Below, in pieces: positions 37,566-50,165 of a stretch of 64,000 nucleotides of DNA. The translations under genes and the position numbers were made by a program. Source of the DNA: Laetmonice hystrix (Eukaryota); the NCBI GenBank assembly GCA_965235115.1, contig OZ249436.1, positions 25,546,001 to 25,610,000 on the forward strand. The letters are read 5' to 3'. Under the pieces are notes generated by a model. The model saw nothing but the letters and a program-made list of their open reading frames with translations, did not search any database and was not told where the DNA came from. Every line of letters starts with the position of its first letter. The stretch's first letter is position 1.

Positions 37566-40500
37566 AAATAACAGGATTCAGGGCTTCCTACCACGTTACA
37601 AGTCACAATAGATTGCTGCCTGTCGTAAAAATATACCAGACCATTTTAAAAAGTCACAGAACCCCAATCCGGCCCTAATATGTCACTCCCAGTACCAATA
37701 GACGCTGGAAGCACCATCAACTGAAATTCAGGCCTAGAACCCACCTCTCTCTACCAATATCATGCACCTAGTCCGTATACGAGGTTGTAATTTACTTTAA
37801 TCAACGGGCTGCGCCGCAGCAACCCACTCTGGTCTTTGCAATCTTTTTCAATATGCGTTAACATTTGTGACCAGCTCAACGCGCCTTGTAAAATTTTTCA
37901 AAGTGCGTAAAAGTGTGTGTCCACCCCGACACGCTTTCCAAACCACTATACCCACCGAGCGACATCCACTCAAATACAGGCTTCGACCGATCCTCACTGT
38001 GCCAATAATCCGCCACAAGGCAAATTCAGTCAATGCAAGCTGGAAAATCGAATGTCACACCTAATGCTTCCCCCCCCCCCCCCAGCACGTTAACTGAAAA
38101 TAATCAACTAGCTTGAAAACTAGAATATAGCTTTGTTTAGCTAACAATCTACTCTCCCAGCGCCATCAACTCGCATACAGGCGTAAAAGCAAACGCACTG
38201 CCCCATATAATGCTCCCAGCCTAAAACGATGTTGCAATTAATTTAAAATTAACAAGATGCACTAGTCATCCGATCCAAGCCTAATTACGTCATTGCTAGT
38301 TTCATAACCAAATCTCACAGAAAATACCCCACCCGGGCACATAACCTGAAAATATTCAACTTTTATCTCCAATGTATCCCTGTGCACCTAGTAGCACCCA
38401 AGCGAGCCCAGTTTTGACATTCCAACACAAATGCCGCAAATACCCGCCTAATGGCACAAAAAACTTTCTACCCCGTTGCAAGTCACATTAGCTTGCTGCT
38501 TGTCGTAAAAAATGGTGCAGACCATTTCTAAAGTCACAGTACCCCACTCCCGGCCTAATATTACGTTTGAGTATCCATATACGCTGCAAGCGGCAGGAAC
38601 TCGAATACAGGCCTAAAAGTAACCCCAGTCTAGCAATATCATACTCCCATGCCATATACGAGCTTGTAATTATCTTTAATTAATGGGCTCCGCAGCACCA
38701 ACCCACTGCATTAACATTTGTTTACCAGCTTAACGCACCTTGTAAAATTTTTTCAAGTGCGTAAAAATGCGTGTCCACCTCCACATACTTTAAAAATCAC
38801 TATACCCACCCAGCGACATCCACTCTAATACACGCCTAAAAGGAACTTCACTGTCCCATTTGATTCTCCAGCCCGTATAGGATGTTTCAAGTAACATTCA
38901 TCCACGGTCTGACCCAATAACGTGCAACAAGGCATAGTAAGTCAATGCGAGCTCGCATGTCAAACCTAACCCGCCCCCCAGCACATGAGCTGAAAATATT
39001 CAAATAGCTTGAAAACTAGAATATAGCTTTGCTTAATACCATTATACCATCAACTCGCATTACAGGCCTAATGCGAAGCTCCCAGCCTAAAACGAGTTTC
39101 CAATTAATTTAAAGTTAACAAGATGCACTAATAATCGATTCCAAGCCTAATTAGGCCATTGCTAGTTGGATAACCAAATCTCATACAAAATACACCCTCC
39201 CGGCAGATGACCTGAGAATATTCAACTCTTATGTCCGATATATCCCTGTCCGCTTAGTAGCACCCAGCCGGGCCCCCATTTTGACATTGCAACACCAATA
39301 CAGCAAGTGCCCAGCTAACAGCACAAATAACAGGATTCAGGGCTTCCTACCACGTTACAAGTCACAATAGATTGCTGCCTGTCGTAAAAATATACCAGAC
39401 CATTTTAAAAAGTCACAGAACCCCAATCCGGCCCTAGTATGTCACTCCCAGTACCAATAGACGCTGGAAGCACCATCAACTGAAATTCAGGCCTAGAACC
39501 CACCTCTCTCTACCAATATCATGCACCTAGTCCATATACGAGGTTGTAATTTACTTTAATCAACGGGCTGCGCCGCAGCAACCCACTCTGGTCTTTGCAA
39601 TCTTTTTCAATATGCGTTAACATTTGTGACCAGCTCAACGCGCCTTGTAAAATTTTTCAAAGTGCGTAAAAGTGTGTGTCCACCCCGACACGCTTTCCAA
39701 ACCACTATACCCACCGAGCGACATCCACTCAAATACAGGCTTCGACCGATCCTCACTGTGCCAATAATCCGCCACAAGGCAAATTCAGTCAATGCAAGCT
39801 GGAAAATCGAATGTCAAACCTAATGCTCCCCCCCCCCCCCAGCACGTTAACTGAAAATAATCAACTAGCTTGAAAACTAGAATATAGCTTTGTTTAGCTA
39901 ACAATCTACTCTCCCAGCGCCATCAACTCGCATACAGGCGTAAAAGCAAACGCACTGCCCCATATAATGCTCCCAGCCTAAAGCGATGTTGCAATTAATT
40001 TAAAATTAACAAGATGCACTAGTAATCCGATCCAAGCCTAATTACGTCATTGCTAGTTTCATAACCAAATCTCACAGAAAATACCCCACCCGGGCACATA
40101 ACCTGAAAATATTCAACTTTTATCTCCAATGTATCCCTGTGTACCTAGTAGCACCCAAGCGGGCCCAATTTTGACATTCCAACACAAATACCGCAAATAG
40201 CCGCCTAATGGCACAAAAAACTTTCTACCCCGTTGCAAGTCACATTAGCTTGCTGCTTGTCGTAAAAAATGGTGCAGACCATTTCTAAAGTCACAGTACC
40301 CCACTCCCGGCCTAATATTACGTTTGAGTATCCATATACGCTGCAAGCGGCAGGAACTCGAATACAGGCCTAAAAGTAACCCCAGTCTAGCAATATCATA
40401 CTCCCATGCCATATACGAGCTTGTAATTATCTTTAATTAATGGGCTCCGCAGCACCAACCCACTGCATTAACATTTGTTTAACAGCTTAACGCACCTTGT

Positions 40501-43500
40501 AAAATTTGTTCAAGTGCGTAAAAATGCGTGTCCACCTCCACATACTTTAAAAATCACTATACCCACCCAGCGACATCCACTCTAATACACGCCTAAAAGG
40601 AACTTCACTGTCCCATTTGATTCTCCAGCACGTATAGGATGTTTCAAGTAACATTCATCCACGGTCTGGCCCAATAACGTGCAACAAGGCATAGTAAGTC
40701 AATGCGAGCTCGCATGTCAAACCTAACCCGCCCCCCAGCACATGAGCTGAAAATATTCAAATAGCTTGAAAACTAGAATATAGCTTTGCTTAATACCATT
40801 ATACCATCAACTCGCATTACAGGCCTAATGCGAAGCTCCCAGCCTAAAACGAGTTTCCAATTAATTTAAAGTTAACAAGATGCACTAATAATCGATTCCA
40901 AGCCTAATTAGGCCATTGCTAGTTGGATAACCAAATCTCATACAAAATACACCCTCCGGGCAGATGACCTGAGAATATTCAACTCTTATGTCCGATATAT
41001 CCCTGTCCGCTTAGTAGCACCCAGCCGGGCCCCCATTTTGACATTGCAACACCAATACAGCAAGTGCCCAGCTAACAGCACAAATAACAGGATTCAGGGC
41101 TTCCTACCACGTTACAAGTCACAATAGATTGCTGCCTGTCGTAAAAATATACCAGACCATTTTAAAAAGTCACAGAACCCCAATCCGGCCCTAATATGTC
41201 ACTCCCAGTACCAATAGACGCTGGAAGCACCATCAACTGAAATTCAGGCCTAGAACCCACCTCTCTCTACCAATATCATGCACCTAGTCCGTATACGAGG
41301 TTGTAATTTACTTTAATCAACGGGCTGCGCCGCAGCAACCCACTCTGGTCTTTGCAATCTTTTTCAATATGCGTTAACATTTGTGACCAGCTCAACGCGC
41401 CTTGTAAAATATTTCAAACTGCGTAAAAGTGTGTGTCCACCCCGACACGCTTTCCAAACCACTATACCCACCGAGCGACATCCACTCAAATACAGGCTTC
41501 GACCGATCCTCACTGTGCCAATAATCCGCCACAAGGCAAATTCAGTCAATGCAAGCTGGAAAATCGAATGTCAAACCTAATGCTCCCCCCCCCAGCACGT
41601 TAACTGAAAATAATCAACTAGCTTGAAAACTAGAATATAGCTTTGTTTAGCTAACAATCTACTCTCCCAGCGCCATCAACTCGCATACAGGCGTAAAAGC
41701 AAACGCACTGCCCCAGCCTAAAGCGATGTTGCAATTAATTTAAAATTAACAAGATGCACTAGTAATCCGATCCAAGCTTAATTACGTCATTGCTAGTTTC
41801 ATAATCAAATCTCACAGAAAATACCCCACTCGGGCAGATAACCTGAAAATATTCAACTTTAATCTCCAATGTATCCCTGTGCACCTAGTAGCACACAAGC
41901 GGGCCCAATTTTGACATTCCAACACAAATACCGCAAATACCCGCCTAATGGCACAAAAAACTTTCTACCCCGTTGCAAGTCACATTAGCTTGCTGCTTGT
42001 CGTAAAAAATGGTGCAGACCATTTCTAAAGTCACAGTACCCCACTCCCGGCCTAATATTACGTTTGAGTATCCATATACGCTGCAAGCGGCAGGAACTCG
42101 AATACAGGCCTAAAAGTAACCCCAGTCTAGCAATATCATACTCCCATGCCATATACGAGCTTGTAATTATCTTTAATTAATGGGCTCCGCAGCACCAACC
42201 CACTGCATTAACATTTGTTTACCAGCTTAGCGCACCTTGTAAAATTTTTTCAAGTGCGTAAAAATGCGTGTCCACCTCCACATACTTTAAAAATCACTAT
42301 ACCCACCCAGCGACATCCACTCTAATACACGCCTATAAGGAACTTCACTGTCCCATTTGATTCTCCAGCACGTATAGGATGTTTCAAGTAACATTCATCC
42401 ACGGTCTGGCCCAATAACGTGCAACAAGGCATAGTAAGTCAATGTGAGCTCGCATGTCAAACCTAACCCGCCCCCCAGCACATGAGCTGTAAATATTCAA
42501 ATAGCTTGAAAACTAGAATATAGCTTTGCTTAATACCATTATACCATCAACTCGCATTACAGGCCTAATGCGAAGCTCCCAGGCTAAAACGAGTTTCCAA
42601 TTAATTTAAAGTTAACAAGATGCACTAATAATCGATTCCAAGCCTAATTAGGCCATTGCTAGTTGGATAACGAAATCTCATACAAAATACACCCTCCCGG
42701 CAGATGACCTGAGAATATTCAACTCTTATGTCCGATATATCCCTGTCCGCTTAGTAGCACCCAGCCGGGCCCCCATTTTGACATTGCAACACCAATACAG
42801 CAAGTGCCCAGCTAACAGCACAAATAACAGGATTCAGGGCTTCCTACCACGTTACAAGTCACAATAGATTGCTGCCTGTCGTAAAAATATACCAGACCAT
42901 TTTAAAAAGTCACAGAACCCCAATCCGGCCCTAATATGTCACTCCCAGTACCAATAGACGCTGGAAGCACCATCAACTAAAATTCAGGCCTAGAACCCAC
43001 CTCTCTCTACCAATATCATGCACCTAGTCCGTATACGAGGTTGTAATTTACTTTAATCAACGGGCTGCGCCGCAGCAACCCACTCTGGTCTTTGCAATCT
43101 TTTTCAATATGCGTTAACATTTGTGACCAGCTCAACGCGCCTTGTAAAATTTTTCAAACTGCGTAAAAGTGTGTGTCCACCCCGACACGCTTTCCAAACC
43201 ATTATACCCACCGAGCGACATCCACTCAAACACAGGCTTCGACCGATCCTCACTGTGCCAATAATCCGCCACAAGGCAAATTCAGTCAATGCAAGCTGGA
43301 AAATCGAATGTCAAACCTAATGCTCCCCCCTACCCCAGCACGTTAACTGAAAATAATCAACTAGCTTGAAAACTAGAATATAGCTTTGTTTAGCTAACAA
43401 TCTACTCTCCCAGCGCCATCAACTCGCATACAGGCGTATAAGCAAACGCACTGCCCCATATAATGCTCCCAGCCTAAAACGATGTTGCAATTAATTTAAA

Positions 43501-43517
43501 ATTAACAAGATGCACTA
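37566..43517. repeat. Satellite array, ~1754-bp unit, segment 3
   Basis: In-phase continuation after element 2. Confidence 0.98.
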
Positions 43518-44614
43518 TAATCCTGCACCAAGTTTTGGGAACTAAAAACTTAGTTTTTTCAACATCGGCGCATTAAAACCCTTCTCGTGACGCGGAATCT
43601 CAGTCAATTACTTAAGGAATGGTAGCAAATAAAACTAGAGACTGCAGGCTATTTATCAGTCTAAAAATTACACCAGGTTGCTAAGTTATAATTTCTACAG
43701 AGGTGTTTGAAAAACGTATAAGTTTCTCAAAAAGTCGCAAAACTCATGACCTTTCGAGATTCGAGCTTTTGTCACGCAAAATCTGTCCCGACGACCTGTA
43801 CAAAAAAGTACCCAGAATTATTCCCCACATCGTAAGGTCTCCATGGATACCTTTCTTTTAGCGAGATTCCTTATAGTTTTGAATACAGCGAGCTTTGTTT
43901 GGAAATTTATAAGTTCCCAAAACTTTGATAATGACGTTAAATATCACAATAGACAGCCAGGCTCCAATCTAAGCTGTGTAGGATCAGAGGCCTACAGTGA
44001 TGTTTACGGAGGTATTATAATGCTATAATTTTCTGAGACTATCTACTGACCTTCGAAGTCTCTGCTTCTGTAGTATTTTAATCCATCTTTTAATAAAACG
44101 AGAGCTAGACAGCAAAATAGTGCAGTCTACGTTAGTCGTCACGACTGTGCCGCACGTCCTATCTATGACGTCACAGCCACAGTTGACTTAACGAGGCACG
44201 CACTGTCTTTTTGTCAGTGAAACATTGTAATATTATGTATCAAAATACGTAGTTAACTATTCTATGATGTCACAAGTGACAATGAAAGCACAAACAGATC
44301 GAACCCAGGCTATAAAATTGTAGCCAATGCAGATTATGAGGACGTTATCGCCGGCCAGTCTCTGACCCAAGCGATGACAACGAACGTGTTGACGGCTCTA
44401 CCAGCCCAAGACACCCGGCCAGTACACTGGTTTTTGAGCAGCAGCGCTCTAAAATAACACCTTCTAACTATAAAATAATGATTTACTTTTATAACATTCG
44501 GGTTTGCATAAATATTAAGACTAACTGCCCATACTATTATCACCTAGAACGATATAATAACTAGACACGTTGTGGCGATACCACAATTGATCCCATCCCC
44601 GGGGAGTCACGTGA

Positions 44615-45095
44615 TATATGACATGTTCTGAGTAGGGTAAACTATGGCTCGATCTTGCACAGTTAATGACCTATAAGCTTTAGAAGATGCCAATGACGTA
44701 ATTATGAGGTGACACGTCATACTATGTAATGAATCTTGGTCTCAAATGAAAGAGCATGTAGGCTATATGACTTCCTATTACTGTTTAATAGTAACTATAG
44801 CTCTAACTTCTACCATTTACAAGTTATAGCCCTGAGAAAAATACCTAAAAAAATGTCAAGTGAAAGATCATATATGACTTCCTATTAGGGTTAAATGGTA
44901 ACCATTGCTCTATCTTGAATGGTTTAGGATTTAGAAACCTTCGAAGATGTCAATGGCATCATTATGACATAATAATGATACATTACATCATAAATCTTGG
45001 TGTCAATTGAAAGAGCATACAATGTATATGACTTCCTATTCCTGTTCAATAGTAACCATGGCTCCATCTTGCACCGTTTACAAGTTATAGGCTGA
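44615..45095. repeat. Degenerate core tandem repeats of the HINE (about 4 copies, ~110-155-bp spacing)
   Basis: ATATGACTTCCTATT...AATAGTAAC.ATGGCTC.ATCTTG-like motif at ~44616, 44765, 44872 and 45026; one copy at ~47863 in the inner element. Confidence 0.7.
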
Positions 45096-46631
45096 AGAAA
45101 TAATGATAACATCATAACGTCATGCTCCTCCCGCAGGCATGCACAGATCCAGGTATCGAGGTTCTTTGCTGGAATTTAGAAGGTCAAAAAACGCTATTTC
45201 TGGAGATAGATGTAAAGTTTCTCAAAGTATTTAAGGCGCGTGTCGGTAGACCCCATTCTCCGCCAGAACATAGATTCTTTTTCCCTTCAACACGGAACGA
45301 ACAGGTGCAAAGCATTCCGGCTATTTTCAACTAGTTGAGTGATGAATCCACAAAATATAATGCCCTAAAATGGCCCTAAAAGGCGGAAAATCGTTTTATA
45401 AGAGCTTTTAATTTTTTAAGATTTCCCGAGACCCCTCTGCTGAAAATCCTGGACCCGTGGCTAGCCTAACAATAATTTTTTGTCAATTCTTCAAAAAGAA
45501 AGAGTGGGGGTATAGAGGGATGTGCCCACGCCGGGCGGCGCCGGGCGGCGCCACCCGGCACCGATTTTAGCCGCCTGGCACAAAACTAAAATGGTTTAAG
45601 TGCTGCCCGGCAGGAATTTTTATCAGGCCTATCATCTGAAAAAATATCTCCCCATCTGCACCCCTTGCCAACTGAAAACCTTGCGCCTTCGCTGCTAGCG
45701 GAAAACTACCGCCCGGCACTCATTTTTTTCTGGGCGCATCTGCCCATGGCAAGTTGACTTGTGCACTGAAAAGTGCTTTCCTATATATTTTAGTATTATA
45801 CAAAAATGATAGCCTCATAACATAACAGTTCAATGTGTCTAATTACAGTGCTAATTTTCTCTTCACCCTTGTTAACATTTCTTCTTGGTAGTAGAGTCGT
45901 CGCTTGAGTTTTGAAGCTTTTATTCCTGAGGCACACGGTTGTCCCGCTTCGACCAATATGTCACTAGGCAGTCAGTGTCTATATGTTCCTCATAGACAAA
46001 TCTATATCTCTGTCCTTTCTCTGCTCCTTCTCCCCTAGTCTCTCTCTCTGTCTCTTGGTGCTCTCATATATCCCCTCGTTCCCGTTTTTGCCCCAGTCCC
46101 AGTTTAAAGGATGGTCACTGGTCATTGGCCGGTGGCCCACGTCCAATTAACTGACCGCCCCCTGACCGGCTCCTCTGATTGAGAGCTGCCGCCCTATGGC
46201 TGGCATGTTATATGACTGAGAAGGTACCTCTTCTATAAACAGTCCTTAAGTATTTCTCACAGAGCGTTCCCCTTCTCCCTTCCGCAGACCCGCTCAAGTG
46301 ATTGCTGCATCTATTGTGTGTGCTGCTCGCCAGGACGACTGCATACCTGTCTACTGTGCACACCGTTCGTTCACTTCTATCTCTCGCCATTTAGCCAACA
46401 CGTAGTCATACATCATGAAACTTTACCAATAGGTGCGAATGTCATCCACACCAGACTGTTGGCTCAGGCTAAACCAAGTGCAGCTGACCAAAAGCTTGTC
46501 GTGTCACTTGAACTCCACAACCAACAATCAGTAGTATTGTTTTATTCAGCTCTCCTACATAAGATTCAAAAACAAATGCATTAGGCAGTTACACCTACAG
46601 TTCAAAGGCACAGCTAAGTCAGTTCTGAATA

Positions 46632-46838
46632 CAGGTATATCGCCCATGATAACTTAAACTCCACGAAATTTGGTGGAAAGGAAAGATTCATGGCCCTGAC
46701 CTTATCCCTAACCCCTAACCCCTAACCCCAGTTCCTACACCTCCCCAAAACATATCCCTACCCTACCCCTATCCCTGATATTAACCCTAACCCCTGCCCA
46801 AACATTTCGTGGAAAGTTATCATGGGGGATAGAACCTG
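46632..46838. mobile_element. 207-bp MITE with a 4-bp AATA TSD and a CCCTAA-like interior
   Basis: AATA at 46628-46631 and 46839-46842. ~40-bp imperfect TIR CAGGT..TATC.CCCATGATAACTT...CCACGAAAT. The empty site GTTCTG-AATA-CACAATCA is visible in the paralogous region at ~48971-48988. Confidence 0.88.
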
Positions 46839-47806
46839 AATACACAATCATATTCCTCCCTCACTGGGAGGGAGGGGGAGTAGGCCGGCCGGCCGGCCCT
46901 TATCACCAGCACTTACGTAACTCTCTCCCGGCCTGGCCAGGGACCGGCGGCCGCATCACAGTGGGAGATCTGTGTATTCAGAGATGCCAACAGTCAGACG
47001 GCAAAAATATTATTGTGAAGACTATACCCATTAAAACTTACAATTCTGGCCATATTACCTTTCCAAAACAAGAACTAAACAGCCAGTGGTATACCTGAAT
47101 CTATACACTTTGTAATTGTTGTATTTGTATATGGCTATCTTAAACAGGTTTAAGGTAGAGCCTGTCAACGTCAGATTACATTATTTCATCATAAATAAAA
47201 AAGATATTGGTAAATTTATGAAAAGAAATATGCAAAGTGATCAATCGTCAATAGCAGCACATATCTATTGACCAAATACACGATTCCTATATGACTAAAG
47301 CAGTTTTAGAAAAAAATGTCAAAAGTGACAAACTTCAAAGTCACGTGGTTCGGTAAAAATAGGTCAAATCGCTAATCCTTGGAATCGTATTGTGAACCTT
47401 TCGTTAGAGAGTGTTTCTGCCGAATATTGTCGAATTTTACCAAAAAATAGAAAAGGAGAAGCAATTTAACTGATTTGTGACCAATGACCCAGTTCACCCT
47501 AAGGTCAAAGGTCAAAGGTCAAATCAAGACTCAAATTGAGGCAGCACCTATGGCCGATTATGAGGCCATGACGGGTTTTTAAAAAAATTCCCAATATGAG
47601 CTTAAAAATGGCTTCAATTTTCATAATACGTTTGACGTCATCACGTTATGACGTGACGTCACATGACGTCAGGATTCGATGCCTGACCATACTTCGTCAT
47701 TGTCAAGATGTGTGCCAAATTTCATTTCGATATTTTGAAAATTGACTGAGATAGACATACAAGTTTACTACTACTACTACTACTACTACAACTACGACGC
47801 CAAAAA

Positions 47807-50028
47807 CTAGACACGTTGTGGCGATACCACAATAGATCCCATCCCCGGGGAGTCACGTGATATATGACTTCCTATTCCTGTTCAATAGTAACCATGGCTC
47901 AATCTTTCACCGTTTACGAGTTGGAGGCTTAGGAAAATAATCTTAATATCATTATAATCTCATACGTCATGATCCTGCTTTCATGCCGGCTCAGATCCAG
48001 TACCGCAAGAAAGGAGGGGCACCAAAGGTGCAAGGCAAACATGGGCGCGGGGGGGGGACTTGAATTTAGAAAGTCAAAGAACGTTACTTCTGGAGCTAGA
48101 TGTGAAGTTTCTCAAAGTATTTCAGGCGCATGTAGGGGTCCGGGGGTTGGACCCCCTCTCCTGCTCCCCCAGAGCATAGATTCATTTTTCCTTAGATTCA
48201 GCGGGACACCATCGAACGAACAGGTGCAAAGCATTCTGCCTATTTTAAACTGGTTGAGTGATGAATAGGCCTACAAAAAATATAGTGCACTAAATGGGTC
48301 CATAAAAGGCTTCTAATTTAAAAAAAAAAACATTTTGGCGACCACCCTGCTGAAAATCCTAGATACGTGGCTGTATTTAGACCTAGCCTAACAATAATGT
48401 CAATTCTTTAAAAAGAAAGAGTGCAGATACGCCCCTGACATGTCGAAAGGGATCATAGATATCTACTGCATGGTATATCTACCTATTTTGATATTAATCA
48501 TTGTGGAAGGATACATTAAAATCGTAATTATATATCTAGAGACTCTGATTGCCAAGCAATACAGGTAGGTCCCATTTCCCGAATGGTTTTCTATCATTAC
48601 CTACATTTTTCTCTCATTTAATTATTGTCCCAACAATAGCGTCATTTCCATTCACATGGAAGTTACTAAGTATTCTTTTGACATTATGAAATATTATAGT
48701 CCTGATGGATTATATGGATTATACCCGTTACGGGCATCATGACAAATATCACAGACTCAAGAACAATAGGTGCGAATGCCATCCACACCAGGCTGTTGGC
48801 TCACGCTGAAACCAAGTGCAGCTGGCCAAAAGTTTGCCGTGTCTCTTGAACTCCACAGCCAACAATCAGTAGTAGCCTAGTGTTTTATTCAGCTCTCCTA
48901 TGTAAGATTTAAAAACAAATGCATGGAGACAGTAACACAGTTCAAAGGCACAGCTAATTCAGTTATGTCAGTTCTGAATACACAATCATCCTCCACCAAA
49001 CCGACCCTGACTGGGAGGGAGGGGGCGGAGTCACAACCCGCCTGCCGACCCGGCCGCCTGGCCGGCCCTTATCACCAGCGCTTACGTAACCCTCTGCCGA
49101 CCCTGGCTCTGGCCTCCCAGCAGGTGATTTGTGTATTCAGAGATGCCACCTGTCAGAGTGTAAAAATATTATAGTGAAGACTATACCCATTAAAACTTAC
49201 AATTCTGGCCATATTACCTTTCCAAAACAAGAACTAAACAGTCAGTGGTATACCTGAATCTATACACTTTGTAATTGTTGTATTTGTATATGGCTATCTT
49301 AAACAGGTTTAAGGTAGAGCCTGTCAACGTCAGATTACATTATTTCATCATAAATAAAAAAGATATTGGTAAATTTATGAAAAGAAATATGCAAAGTGAC
49401 CAATCGTCAATAGCAGCACATATCTAGTGACCAAATACACGATTCCTATATGACTAAAGCAGTTTTAGAAAAAAATGTCAAAAGTGACAAACTTCAAAGT
49501 CACGTGGTTCGGCGAAAATAGGTCAAATCGCTAATCCTTGGAATCGTATTGTGAACCTTTCGTTAGAGAGTGTTTTTGCCGAATATTGTCGAATTTTACC
49601 AAAAAATAGAGAAGGAGAAGCAATTTAACCGATTTGTGACCAATGACCCAGTTCACCCTAACGTCAAAGGTCAAAGGTCAAATCAAGACTCAAATTGAGG
49701 CAGCACCTTTGGCCGATTATGAGGGCATGGCGGGTTTTTAAAAAAAATTCCCAATATGAGCTTAAAAATGGCTTCAATTTTCATAATACGTTTGACGTCA
49801 TCACGTCATGACGTGACGTTACATGACGTCAGGATTCGATGCCTGACCATACTTTGTCATTGTCAAGATGTGTGCCAAATTTCATTTTGATATTTTGAAA
49901 ATTGACTGAGATAGACATACAAGTTTACTACTACTACTACTACTACTACAACTACGACGCCAAAAATAATACAGAAGACGAAACCACACAATTTCTAAAT
50001 CCCATCCCCTCCGTAGGGGATGGGATAA
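47807..50028 (-). mobile_element. Second HINE copy nested in the first
   Basis: Starts CTAGACACGTTGTGGCGATACCACAA like 44561 and ends with the same palindrome (49999-50026). It interrupts the outer copy at GCCAAAAA|TAATACAG, a sequence seen intact at ~49959-49974. Confidence 0.75.
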
Positions 50029-50165
50029 TAATACAGAAGACGAAACCACACAATTTCTAAATCCCATCCCCTCCGTAGGGGATGGGATAATTAACATGTT
50101 CTGGGGTTTCAAGTGGGGGTTGAACTGGATGACCTCCCAAGTTCCCAATTTACGGTGCAGGACTA

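Larger units (their letters stand above)
44559..50090 (-). mobile_element. Helentron-associated / DINE-1-like non-autonomous element (HINE), outer copy (44559-47806 plus 50029-50090)
   Basis: Left end: AACTAGA, hairpin TTGTGG-cgata-CCACAA (44570-44586), subterminal ATCCCATCCCC (44590-44600). Right end: palindrome ATCCCATCCCCT-ccgt-AGGGGATGGGAT (50061-50088) containing the inverted subTIR. Also a (CTA)n microsatellite, core tandem repeats, an AA/TT junction and no TSD. Confidence 0.75.
43518..50165. mobile_element. Non-autonomous TIR DNA transposon with TA target duplication (~1.1 kb of own sequence plus nested elements); superfamily unassigned
   Basis: The satellite GCAC-TA-GTAATCC is split with TA at 43516-43517 and 50166-50167. 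Imperfect 26-bp TIR: TAATCCTGCACCaagttTTGGGAACT versus the reverse complement of the right end, TAGTCCTGCACCgtaaaTTGGGAACT. Confidence 0.85.

Noticed and set aside
45130..45745. Additional old MITEs (CAGATCCAG...AAAATCCTGGA; GATGTGCCCA...TGGGCGCATC)
   Set aside because: Short inverted matches suggest relics, but the ends and TSDs could not be fixed.
46700..46795. Interstitial telomere
   Set aside because: Only a few degenerate CCCTAA units, enclosed within MITE TIRs.
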